From Candidatus Saccharimonadia bacterium (GTDB taxonomy: Bacteria; Patescibacteriota; Saccharimonadia; UBA4664): a stretch of 57,436 bases of DNA. Positions 33,719-41,773 of the stretch are shown here, piece after piece. The position numbers and the translations under genes were made by a program. The stretch spans positions 1 to 57,436 of the forward strand of contig JBBRSS010000006.1 in the NCBI GenBank assembly GCA_038245115.1, written 5' to 3'. Within the stretch, counting starts at the first letter, position 1, and each line of letters starts with the position of its first letter. The notes beneath the pieces were generated by a model. It made no database searches and was not told where the DNA came from. It was given only the letters and a program-made list of their open reading frames with translations.

Positions 33719-34216
33719 ATGGGCACTGACGATACGGGTACGACAGTTCTAGATCATGCTGGGTATACCCAGCGCGCTGATCTGGACGACTTGGAATCTG
33801 GCCAGGGATTCGATTGGGATGCGGAACTGCCCTGTACGAGCTGCCAATGCGAAGAGCAGCAGCATAGGGGAGAGGTCGAGGTGAAGCCGCTACGTGATGA
33901 CGAGGAGCTTGAGCGGGTCTTGATTCACGTCCCGTTTTCTCTAACGCGGGCCAACATCTCATCTGGTTTTCGTCCGAATGCTGGGCCAAACTTCATATCG
34001 GAGATTGGCATGCGCCTGGCAAGCCAGCTCACTTCGATGAGAGGAACCGAAGGCTTTGAGTTTTCGGAATACCACATCACCCTTAGGCTCGCTCGAATGG
34101 CTAGCAGAGAGGGCGTGCTCCAGGCGTTTGAATCTGCGCTTAGGTATGTTGGTTGCCCGGATTTCCATTTATATGAGGCAGCAAAGTGGCCAACAGGGTT
34201 TAGGGCTAACCCCTGA
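33719..34216 (+). CDS. Hypothetical protein (islet gene 1)
   Basis: ATG preceded by TGAGGAGGAATT (a strong SD). 165 aa. Followed by hairpin element E1. Confidence 0.6.
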   Translation: MGTDDTGTTVLDHAGYTQRADLDDLESGQGFDWDAELPCTSCQCEEQQHRGEVEVKPLRDDEELERVLIHVPFSLTRANISSGFRPNAGPNFISEIGMRLASQLTSMRGTEGFEFSEYHITLRLARMASREGVLQAFESALRYVGCPDFHLYEAAKWPTGFRANP

Positions 34217-34282
34217 ACTTGCACCGAGATCTGCGTTCGAGACTGACGCGCGACACTCCAGACTAGTTGTGTGACCCCAATT

Positions 34283-34343
34283 CACCCCCTCGGGGCATTA
34301 CTCATCTCTTTGAGATCGGAATGCCCAGGAGGGGGTTATTTCG
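34283..34343 (+). repeat. Hairpin element E1 (terminator-like), paralog of E2
   Basis: Arms CCCCCTCGGGGCAT ... ATGCCCAGGAGGGGG, 22-nt loop, T-rich tail. The arms are identical to those at 35368-35420. Confidence 0.7.
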
Positions 34344-34463
34344 TATCTATTTATACGGAGTAGTTCCAGGCTCCACTTGTTCTGGTCCGCTAACGATTAT
34401 TGTATTTCAAAATTGACCTCGATACCGTGCGCCTCGATTGTCTCGATCTTCGATTCTGAGCTA

Positions 34464-34492
34464 TTGCTTTTATATACATATTGTTTTACAAT
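34464..34492 (+). promoter_or_regulatory. Candidate promoter for islet genes 2-3
   Basis: TTGCTT (34464-34469), 17-nt AT-rich spacer, TACAAT (34487-34492), 37 nt upstream of ATG 34529. Confidence 0.45.
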
Positions 34493-34528
34493 ATTGCGGA
34501 CCGCAAAATCGAGAGATTCGAGGTAGCA

Positions 34529-35065
34529 ATGTTTAGAGCCAAAAACCGCGATAATGTGCTCGCGTATTCGTCTTTCTCTATCCCCGCTGGCGGGGGTCCC
34601 TACGACGTGCACTTGAGCGAGCCGCGTGAACCTGCGTGGCTTCTCGACAGGCAACTCAATCTGACTTTGCTCGGGCGGCGATACGCTCGCGGATCAGCTC
34701 GAGACCTGAGGGGGATTGCACTCATCACGCGCATGGTGGAGTTTTTGGCCTTCCAGTTCGGAAGACCGGGGCCTCAGGGCGTGGTGGTCAAGCCGGAAGT
34801 CTTTGCTGATCTGTGGTATAGCGGAGACGTGCCGTTCGAGAAGCTCCAAACCTTTCGCCCGGGCAATTGCGGCGAAGACATCATGGTGCTGGAGTCCAGC
34901 TTCAGGATTTCGGGCCTTCGAGTGTCCGTGCTGGACGGGAAGGTGTTTAGTATGCTTGGCGAAGACTTCGGTGAGGTCGGCTTGTACACGGAGACAAACC
35001 CTCGGATCCGAGGGGCTTCGATGGGCCTGAGAGGGCAGATCTACATGGCCGGGTCGGTCTCATAG
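34529..35065 (+). CDS. Hypothetical protein (islet gene 2)
   Basis: ATG 34529 after a GAGGT RBS. 178 aa. No motif recognised. The ORF track starts at an upstream alternative start codon (34481). Confidence 0.55.
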   Translation: MFRAKNRDNVLAYSSFSIPAGGGPYDVHLSEPREPAWLLDRQLNLTLLGRRYARGSARDLRGIALITRMVEFLAFQFGRPGPQGVVVKPEVFADLWYSGDVPFEKLQTFRPGNCGEDIMVLESSFRISGLRVSVLDGKVFSMLGEDFGEVGLYTETNPRIRGASMGLRGQIYMAGSVS

Positions 35066-35139
35066 CCCTGTTGGGCGATAAAGAACGATGCAAAGAGCAT
35101 AGGGCTCATGCCGCTATATTCACACTCGAAAGGGAAACG

Positions 35140-35340
35140 ATGGCAACTCGTAGCATTACTGTGAATGGCATCACTATCGTGATTGAGCTTGAGGAAGGGG
35201 AGAGTGTCAAAGTCGTACGCGGCACATCAGGCACTCGCACTTCCGAGTCCGAGACGACGGCTTTCTCTCCAGGGCGGATGGGCGGTCCCTTGGACGCCGC
35301 CGAGAAGATCGTCGGAACAATCAAGAAGCTCTTGTCCTAG
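35140..35340 (+). CDS. Small hypothetical protein (islet gene 3)
   Basis: ATG 35140 after AAGGGAAA. 66 aa (MATRSITVNGITIVIELEEGESVKVV...). Followed by element E2. Confidence 0.45.
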   Translation: MATRSITVNGITIVIELEEGESVKVVRGTSGTRTSESETTAFSPGRMGGPLDAAEKIVGTIKKLLS

Positions 35341-35365
35341 CGTTCGCGTATAGTGTAGCAGCCAC

Positions 35366-35432
35366 CGGCCCCCTCGGGGCATCCACCGTTTCATTGATTC
35401 GGAGATGCCCAGGAGGGGGCATTTTCATTTTT
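35366..35432 (+). repeat. Hairpin element E2 (terminator-like), paralog of E1
   Basis: CCCCCTCGGGGCAT-22 nt-ATGCCCAGGAGGGGG followed by CATTTTCATTTTT. Confidence 0.7.
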
Positions 35433-35531
35433 ACGCATAGTGAAATTGGTTTAAATCTCATACTTTCAGACTCGTTTATAGCTATTTTATATACCGCGAC
35501 CGACACGGGTTGTTTTTGTTATACTGAGCCC

Positions 35532-36176
35532 ATGAAATATACGGCCGTCTTATTCGATATGAATGGTGTAATTGTTGATGATGAGCCGCTGCACTTATTG
35601 GCCTTTCAAAGGGTGCTAGCGGATATGGGGCAGGAACTTACGCACGATGATTATAAGAAATTCTTTGCAGGTAAGACCGATTCGGATGGGTTTAAAGCGT
35701 ATTTGACGCACAATAACCTCGATTTTGAGCTTGGTAAACTGATGGGGAAGAAGGCTCAAGCATATATGGACCTGGCAGAGGGGGTTATTAAACCATACCC
35801 CGGAGTTGTTGAATTTATTAAAAGCCTTTCTGGCTACGGTATCCGGTTGGCTTTGGTTACTAGCTCGCTTAGGGTAGAAGCAGAAACGGTTTTGCGTGCG
35901 TTTGAGTTAGCCGATTTGTTTGATGTTGTAGTGACAGCTGATGATATTACCAACGGAAAGCCTGATCCTGAGGGCTATTTGAGGGGCGCAACTGGTCTTG
36001 GTGTGGTTCCGGCGCTATGCGTGGTGGTCGAAGACGCACCGAGTGGTTTGGCGGCCGCTAAAGCGGCTGGGATGCGCTGCGCAGCCGTGCTTAACACTCA
36101 CTCTGAGGTAGAGCTGGTAGGTGCTGAGTTAAAGTTAGACGAGTTAAAACCGGGATGCTTAGACGGGCTTGTCTAG
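35532..36176 (+). CDS. HAD-superfamily hydrolase (beta-phosphoglucomutase-like subfamily)
   Basis: ATG 35532 gives MKYTAVLFDMNGVIVDDEPLH (motif I), LALVTSS (motif II) and K...VVEDAPSG (motifs III/IV). Confidence 0.8.
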   Translation: MKYTAVLFDMNGVIVDDEPLHLLAFQRVLADMGQELTHDDYKKFFAGKTDSDGFKAYLTHNNLDFELGKLMGKKAQAYMDLAEGVIKPYPGVVEFIKSLSGYGIRLALVTSSLRVEAETVLRAFELADLFDVVVTADDITNGKPDPEGYLRGATGLGVVPALCVVVEDAPSGLAAAKAAGMRCAAVLNTHSEVELVGAELKLDELKPGCLDGLV

Positions 36177-36398
36177 GCGGTAAACTTGAACTTGATTTGC
36201 TAAAGCTGAGTAATATTGCTGGCAAGATGACTAAATAGAGATGAGATATCCATGGAATTATATATGGATGCGTGAAGCTGCGGTTGGTTGGGTTTGGCGT
36301 GCTCGGCGTGGATAGGCAGCGGAACATTTGGCTGATGTATTTGGCTATTATTTATGAGAAAGTAGGGCTCTATTAAGGGTAACGTGGGAGTTGATGCG

Positions 36399-37109
36399 AT
36401 GGCAGATTATGATTTTTCCGGGCTGAAGGCGGTATATATTAATGCGACGTTGGAGAGGTCGCCGGAGGTAAGCAATACCGACGGTTTGCTCGAGAAGAGC
36501 CGGGCGATTATGGAAAAGCACGGGGTGAAGACCGAGGTGATTCGGGCGGTGGATCATGACGTAGCGACCGGCGTGTGGACTGATATGCGGGAGCATGGTT
36601 GGAAGACCGATGAATGGCCGGAAATATCAAAAAAAGTCATGGCGGCGGACATTTTGGTGTTATGCGGGCCGATCTGGCTGGGTGATAACAGCTCAGTAAT
36701 GAAGCGAGTAGTGGAGCGATTGTATGGTGGGTCGAGCGATCTGAATGCGGCGGGACAGTACGCGTATTATGGCCGAGTAGGCGGATGCATTATTACGGGT
36801 AACGAAGATGGCGTGAAGCATTGCGCAATGAACTTGCTGTATAGTTTACAACATTTGGGGTATACAATTCCCCCTCAAGCAGACGCTGGGTGGATAGGTG
36901 AAGCAGGCCCCGGCCCCTCATATTTGGACGCGGGGTCGGGCGGGCCCGAGAATGACTTTACTAATCGCAACACTACATTTATGGCTTGGAACCTCATGCA
37001 TATGGCAAAGTTGCTTAAGGATAGTGGCGGCATACCGGCTTACGGAAACCAGCGCAGCGAGTGGGACGCCGGGGCACGGTTCGATTTTGAGAACCCGGAG
37101 TATCGATAG
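36399..37109 (+). CDS. Flavodoxin-fold NAD(P)H-dependent FMN reductase-like protein
   Basis: ATG 36399. ADILVLCGPIWLGDNSSVMKRVVERLY is typical of the FMN-reductase/flavodoxin-like fold. 236 aa. Confidence 0.55.
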   Translation: MADYDFSGLKAVYINATLERSPEVSNTDGLLEKSRAIMEKHGVKTEVIRAVDHDVATGVWTDMREHGWKTDEWPEISKKVMAADILVLCGPIWLGDNSSVMKRVVERLYGGSSDLNAAGQYAYYGRVGGCIITGNEDGVKHCAMNLLYSLQHLGYTIPPQADAGWIGEAGPGPSYLDAGSGGPENDFTNRNTTFMAWNLMHMAKLLKDSGGIPAYGNQRSEWDAGARFDFENPEYR

Positions 37110-37204
37110 GGCTTTGAACGGAGCTGTATCAATTAGTAGTTCACAGAAATCTTATCCGAAACTGCCTGCTATATGATAGGATCGAATAATTGACGAGGTT
37201 GATT

Positions 37205-37636
37205 ATGGCTGGCGTGGTGATTGAACGATTGAACGAAGTGACTCCCGAAGCCGTTGAGCAAATTGGGGTTTTGCTGCCGCAATTGACGCCGTATTCTCAG
37301 AAGCTGACGTTGGAGCGGTTGGAGCGGGCGTTAACTATGCCGGGGGCATTGTATGTGGCGCGGGCCGAGGGGCGGATTGTGGGGACTGTGCAGCGCGTGG
37401 ATGTGAGTCATTTGGTAAGGACAAAGTGTTGGATCGAGGATTTTGTGGTGGATGAGGCTTTGCGAGGGCAGGGAATTGCGACGCGGCTGATAGAGACGGC
37501 GATAGCGGAGGCGCCGACCGAGGCGAGTTCGATTAATTTGACCTCGAATCCGACGCGTGTCGGCTCGCACCGGTTGTATGCCAAAATGGGCTTTGAGCGG
37601 CGCGAGGATACTAATATGTGGCGGCTGGGGCTTTAG
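37205..37636 (+). CDS. GNAT-family N-acetyltransferase
   Basis: IEDFVVDEALRGQGIATRLIETAI (acetyl-CoA motif A Q/RxxGxA). ~143 aa. Confidence 0.8.
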   Translation: MAGVVIERLNEVTPEAVEQIGVLLPQLTPYSQKLTLERLERALTMPGALYVARAEGRIVGTVQRVDVSHLVRTKCWIEDFVVDEALRGQGIATRLIETAIAEAPTEASSINLTSNPTRVGSHRLYAKMGFERREDTNMWRLGL

Positions 37637-38280
37637 CTGGCGGCATTGGCGGCGAGGACGAGCGAGCGGTCGGTGAAGTATTGGGTATAGTAAGTTTCGA
37701 GCTGGGGCGGTAGATGTTTGTACTCGGTACCGAGTAATGAGTGTGCTTCGTCGCGGCGATCTTCGAGATTAGTTTCGGACCGGAGCTCATCAGTGATGTC
37801 GGCCGCATTGTCGGACATGGCTTGGTCTAGAAGTGGGGCGAGGTTGGCTTTTTGACTAGGCGAAAGGCGACGATAGGCGAGGTGGAGCATTTCGTGGGCG
37901 CCGGTGACAACGGTTTGGCCGGGTTTGGTGAAGTCATCGAGAATAAAGGTTTGGCCGCTAGAATTGAGGCAGCCGAGCCGTTCGATATCGCACTGGGCAA
38001 TGATGGTTTCTCGATTGGCGAACTGCGGGTTGGTGCGATAAAAAAGGGTGCGGCCGAGGTCGGTGAGGCCGGCCGCGGTGCCAATTTGGATGGTTTTGGC
38101 GGTAGGCTGGTAGCTTAGAAAGAAGACTTTGTCGCCGATGGTTTGGCGATTGGCGGCGGCAAAAATGAGCAAACTGGTGACGGCAAAGAGAAAGATGAAA
38201 TCGAATGTCCGGCTGGTGCGAAAGGTTGCCATAATTTGCTCTGAGCATAACATGCGAGGAATATTTCTGAGCATAAGCAT
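37633..38280 (-). CDS. Membrane-anchored hypothetical protein with an HExxH motif
   Basis: TM FDFIFLFAVTSLLIFAAA, and GAHEMLHLAY, a possible zinc-metalloprotease motif. The start is ambiguous (38280 or 38232). 4-nt convergent overlap with the GNAT gene. Confidence 0.55.
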   Translation of the reverse strand: MLMLRNIPRMLCSEQIMATFRTSRTFDFIFLFAVTSLLIFAAANRQTIGDKVFFLSYQPTAKTIQIGTAAGLTDLGRTLFYRTNPQFANRETIIAQCDIERLGCLNSSGQTFILDDFTKPGQTVVTGAHEMLHLAYRRLSPSQKANLAPLLDQAMSDNAADITDELRSETNLEDRRDEAHSLLGTEYKHLPPQLETYYTQYFTDRSLVLAANAAS

Positions 38281-38305
38281 TAATCTGAGAATGTGATATT
38301 ATTGA

Positions 38306-38716
38306 GTGAGTAATAGGTATCATACGAGCGTGGATCAACCAAGACCAAATCGAAGAATGACAGATATGGGGCCGCGAAGAATGGACGGGTTTGCTCGACC
38401 AGCACGTCCGGCTGGAGCTCCGCCGGTGCAAAGTCCGACTGAGCGCCCGGTAGCACAGCCTCAAAGGCCGCAAGAGCCGATGCGACCGGCACCGCAACCT
38501 CGCCCAGCAGCACAGCCTCGTCCCGTGGGGCCATCGGCACAGCAAACGCGGTCGGTAGATAACCGAGCGGAAGCGTTAGAACAACCGGCTAAATCTGTTC
38601 CTGCCAAACGCGGCGGGGGATGGAAGGTGGCGCTGCAATTTGTGATTGGGTTACTTGTAATAGTGGGCGTAGCTGCGGCTATTGTGCTTCTGTATATCAA
38701 GTATTACCAACCGTAG
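38306..38716 (+). CDS. Proline/arginine-rich protein with a C-terminal TM helix
   Basis: 136 aa. PARPAGAPPVQSPTERPVAQPQRPQEPMRPAPQPRPAAQPRP, then WKVALQFVIGLLVIVGVAAAIVLLYI. GTG start (alternative ATG 38358). Confidence 0.55.
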   Translation: MSNRYHTSVDQPRPNRRMTDMGPRRMDGFARPARPAGAPPVQSPTERPVAQPQRPQEPMRPAPQPRPAAQPRPVGPSAQQTRSVDNRAEALEQPAKSVPAKRGGGWKVALQFVIGLLVIVGVAAAIVLLYIKYYQP

Positions 38717-38725
38717 GCATATAGC

Positions 38726-39166
38726 GTGCAGAGGGTAGCAGCAACGTTCGGTGGTCTGTTGGTATTGGCTATATTGGCTGGCGGGCTAACGGAGGCTACG
38801 ATGGCGCTTGGCGGCCGGGGCGGCCTGACAAATGATAATTTATTGCGGCCATTGAACTTGGGCGCAACACCGTTGTCTAGTGCAACGCCAAGTGTTTCGC
38901 CAAAACCGACCCCCAGTCCAAGCCCTACGCCGGCTGCAACTGTGGCACCGACCCCGGTACCAACGGTGGCCGTTGCGCCTACAGCCACAACCAATTCATA
39001 TCCGATTGTGCATATGCGGGCTAGTAAATCGCTCTATGCGTCTGTTGTTATGGACATTAATGGCGGTAGCGTCGTACAGCTTCTGCCAGATAGTGATGCA
39101 TCTTGGCAACAGGTGAAATACAACGGTTTGACCGGATATATTTTCAAACAATATTTAACTTACTAA
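38726..39166 (+). CDS. Secreted SH3b-domain protein
   Basis: N-terminal hydrophobic segment, a PT/PS linker, then VHMRASKSLYASVVMDINGGSVVQLL...WQQVKYNGLTGYIFKQYL (bacterial SH3 pattern). Confidence 0.65.
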   Translation: MQRVAATFGGLLVLAILAGGLTEATMALGGRGGLTNDNLLRPLNLGATPLSSATPSVSPKPTPSPSPTPAATVAPTPVPTVAVAPTATTNSYPIVHMRASKSLYASVVMDINGGSVVQLLPDSDASWQQVKYNGLTGYIFKQYLTY

Positions 39167-39273
39167 GTTAGATTTGATTAGACAAAACTTTGGCCATTGA
39201 AGACCTTAAGCTTTGTGACAAGTGCCGAAGCTTGGAAGCTGGGTATCGGACATACTGACCTCACAACTAATGA

Positions 39274-39465
39274 GTGAGGGTTGATACCGTGGGCCGATCA
39301 AGAATTCGAAAGATCAAATCGCAAAACATGCAGGTGCAGCAACAGGATCTGTATGACGTGTTTTATATGAGTCCGGATGAAGCCAAGCGGGCTCTTGAGC
39401 AGAAATATGAATTTCTGGCAGAGCGGTACGAGCGCAAGTTCCCGAAGCACAAGGGTTTTGCTTAG
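39274..39465 (+). CDS. Small hypothetical protein
   Basis: 63-aa ORF (GTG start, alternative ATG 39328). Followed by a hairpin terminator. No homology recognised. Confidence 0.3.
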   Translation: MRVDTVGRSRIRKIKSQNMQVQQQDLYDVFYMSPDEAKRALEQKYEFLAERYERKFPKHKGFA

Positions 39466-39500
39466 TACGGCAGAGTAGTTACGATTCAAAAATAGTCCTG

Positions 39501-39535
39501 ATAGCTAGCGGTAAAGGCTAGCTATTGGGTTTTTT
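39501..39535. terminator. Bidirectional terminator between the small ORF and the dehydrogenase gene
   Basis: 9-bp stem atagctagc/gctagctat with T-runs on both strands. Confidence 0.6.
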
Positions 39536-40754
39536 ATTTTTGGGGCGTATCTGAGGTAATCATGGTGAGGGCATTCATGAAGGCGGCTTCTTTGAATGTG
39601 ACGTCCGATCGCTTGGCGGTGTCATACATTGTTTTTATAGCCGGGATGAGATAGCGCTCGAGCTCGGAATTTACTTTGGTTTCGGTCCAGCGCTCGGCGG
39701 CTAGGTTTTGCACCCATTCGAGGTAGCTCACGATGACCCCCCCGGCATTGGCGATGATGTCGGGCAGAATAATGGTCTCGCGGGCGGTGAGGGAGTCGCT
39801 GGCGGCTTCGTTGATCGGGCCGTTGGCCAGTTCCACAATAATTTTGGCCTTCACGCGGGATTGGTTGGACTCGGTAATGGTGTCGCCAAGGGCGGCCAGT
39901 ACTAGCACGTCGACGTCTTGGGCGATAATGTCGTCGGGGGCTATTTGGGCGACGTTGGGGGCTTGGTAATTGGTGAACCGGCCGTGATCCTGTTTGAGCC
40001 GGGCGAGCTCGACGGGGTCGAGGCCATCGGGGTTGGTGAGCCCGGCAGTGGTATCGCTGGCGGCCACGAGTTTCCACTGGGGGTAATCGGATTTGGCGAC
40101 GGTGCTGAAGAATGAGCCAACGTTGCCAAATCCTTGAACGGCAACAGTGAGCGGGCGATCGGTCTGGCCGGAGAGGCGTAGGTACTCGGCAAGAGTAATA
40201 ACGCCGCCGCGGCCGGTGGCGGCGTCGCGGCCCAGGCTGCCACCGGCGCCGAGGCTTTTGCCGGTGAAGCTGGCTTTGGTAGTGTCGCCGGTGAGGCGTT
40301 CGAATTCGTCGACCATCCAGTCGATGATGGCTGGGTTGGTGTTTACATCCGGCGCCGGGACGTCTTTGTGGGGGCCGATGTGGGGCGACAGGTGCCGAGC
40401 GTAGGCGCGGCTGAGCTCTTCGAGCTCGGCGGGGGAGAGGTGACGGGGGTCGACGGTGATGCCGCCTTTGCCGCCGCCGAGCGGCAGACCCACGGCGGCC
40501 GTCTTGAGGCTCATGAGGGTGGCCAGGGCTCGGACTTCTTCCAGATTAACTTCCGGGTGGAACCGAATGCCGCCCTTATACGGCCCATGATGATCATTGT
40601 GTTGCACACGGTAGGCTTTGAAGCGCTTGCCGTTTTTGAGCTCAATTTCGAATATATGCTCGGAATTTGGCTCCAGAAAATCGTTAATAATAGCGTCATC
40701 CAGGCCCAGTTGGTGCCCGGCGCGTAGAATTAGGGAGGTGGCTGTGTTTAACAT
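39534..40754 (-). CDS. Glu/Leu/Phe/Val dehydrogenase family, most likely glutamate dehydrogenase
   Basis: 406 aa. YKGGIRFHP, LPLGGGKGGI (catalytic Lys region) and the Rossmann motif VQGFGNVG. Confidence 0.85.
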   Translation of the reverse strand: MLNTATSLILRAGHQLGLDDAIINDFLEPNSEHIFEIELKNGKRFKAYRVQHNDHHGPYKGGIRFHPEVNLEEVRALATLMSLKTAAVGLPLGGGKGGITVDPRHLSPAELEELSRAYARHLSPHIGPHKDVPAPDVNTNPAIIDWMVDEFERLTGDTTKASFTGKSLGAGGSLGRDAATGRGGVITLAEYLRLSGQTDRPLTVAVQGFGNVGSFFSTVAKSDYPQWKLVAASDTTAGLTNPDGLDPVELARLKQDHGRFTNYQAPNVAQIAPDDIIAQDVDVLVLAALGDTITESNQSRVKAKIIVELANGPINEAASDSLTARETIILPDIIANAGGVIVSYLEWVQNLAAERWTETKVNSELERYLIPAIKTMYDTAKRSDVTFKEAAFMNALTMITSDTPQK

Positions 40755-40823
40755 GGTATCAGGATAGCACTTGCGCTAGGCTCTGGAAATCTGACCCAGA
40801 ATTTGCTAATCTATCCTGGTTAC

Positions 40824-40899
40824 GCCGATGTAGCTCAGTTGGTAGAGCGGCGCTTTCGTAAAGCGTAGGTCATGGGTTCGAATCCCTTCATCGGCTCCA
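40824..40899 (+). tRNA. tRNA-Thr (anticodon CGU)
   Basis: GCCGATG TA GCTC AGTTGGTA GAGC G GCGCT TTCGTAA AGCGT AGGTC ATGGG TTCGAAT CCCTT CATCGGC T CCA. Confidence 0.9.
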
Positions 40900-40911
40900 G
40901 TTTTTATATTC

Positions 40912-40985
40912 GCGGGTATAGTTTAGGGGTAAAACGCGACCTTCCCAAGGTTGAGTCGAGGGTTCGATTCCCTCTACCCGCTCCA
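40912..40985 (+). tRNA. tRNA-Gly (anticodon CCC)
   Basis: GCGGGTA TA GTTT AGGGGTA AAAC G CGACC TTCCCAA GGTTG AGTC GAGGG TTCGATT CCCTC TACCCGC T CCA. Confidence 0.9.
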
Positions 40986-40996
40986 ATGGATTAATA

Positions 40997-41020
40997 CTTC
41001 CCTTATGGGGAGTTTTTGTT
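40997..41020 (+). terminator. Rho-independent terminator after tRNA-Gly
   Basis: Stem cttccc/ggggag, loop ttat, then TTTTTGTTTT. Confidence 0.6.
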
Positions 41021-41518
41021 TTGAGCCTGTTGTTATCTTTGGCGAGATACGATATACCAGATCTGAGATATCCGACTCCCGAAGGGAAGCATGATGATCT
41101 GGTTCCTAGTTACAATGTTGGCGGTAATCTGATGCCGTCGGCCAAGCGTGGTTCGCGGAGGCGGATGGTGGGTGTGGCACTCAGTGCTGAGGACATCAAG
41201 CCCGTTGTTGAGTTTTCTTACAAGTTTCTCCTGCTTGTTCAGCTGAACGAGTACGTTTCGGGGAGGGGCGAGGCGCCGACATTGCCAGACCCAGTGGCTA
41301 ATAAGTTCTTATGTACGGCGGAAGGAAAGAAGGCAGCCGAACGTTCGGGGTCCATTTACTCTGAAGCCTTCGACCTGCTTTGTGAGTTTTACGCATCAAT
41401 GTTCGAGTCTCCGCCCAGTAAGCGCGATTTGAATGAAGTGATTGATGCAGCAGATAGGGTGTTGAATGGGCTTATTCGACGCCTGAATTGCATGGCAGTC
41501 CAGCCGAAGGCTGATTAG
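41021..41518 (+). CDS. Hypothetical protein (orphan); start uncertain
   Basis: 165-aa ORF from TTG 41021, which directly abuts the terminator T-tract. ATG 41132 is the more plausible start. No motif recognised. Confidence 0.4.
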   Translation: MSLLLSLARYDIPDLRYPTPEGKHDDLVPSYNVGGNLMPSAKRGSRRRMVGVALSAEDIKPVVEFSYKFLLLVQLNEYVSGRGEAPTLPDPVANKFLCTAEGKKAAERSGSIYSEAFDLLCEFYASMFESPPSKRDLNEVIDAADRVLNGLIRRLNCMAVQPKAD

Positions 41519-41681
41519 CTATCCAGGTGTCTGACATGGTCATCTACAACCCAACCGGACAATTGAGCAATCGCTGACTGGCCAAATGACTTAGGCCCCG
41601 GTAACCAACCCGGCGTGTTTCTCCGGCGATAACGGAGAATAAACATTTTGATAGGGCTCCGGGGATAGTAATTATCGCAAA

Positions 41682-41725
41682 TTAGTCTCTTTTGAAGACT
41701 AATCCAAAAGAGACTAATTTCGGGT
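41682..41725. promoter_or_regulatory. 43-bp conserved module, copy 2
   Basis: ttagtctcttttgaagactaatccaaaagagactaatttcgggt. 39 of 43 nt match 20490-20532, in the same orientation. Confidence 0.6.
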
Positions 41726-41757
41726 GGGGTATCCAGGGTGGGCTTAACCTCAGGGGG

Positions 41758-41766
41758 TGCTATAAT
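41758..41766 (+). promoter_or_regulatory. Extended -10 promoter element (TGcTATAAT)
   Basis: tgctataat at 41758-41766. ATG 41774 follows 7 nt later, so the transcript may be leaderless or have a very short leader. Confidence 0.4.
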
Positions 41767-41773
41767 TCCATTC

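Noticed and set aside
34397-34654. 85-aa minus-strand ORF overlapping the start of islet gene 2
   Set aside because: A near-consensus plus-strand promoter and an RBS/ATG at 34529 favour the plus-strand gene. The minus ORF lies mostly in the AT-rich spacer and has no RBS.
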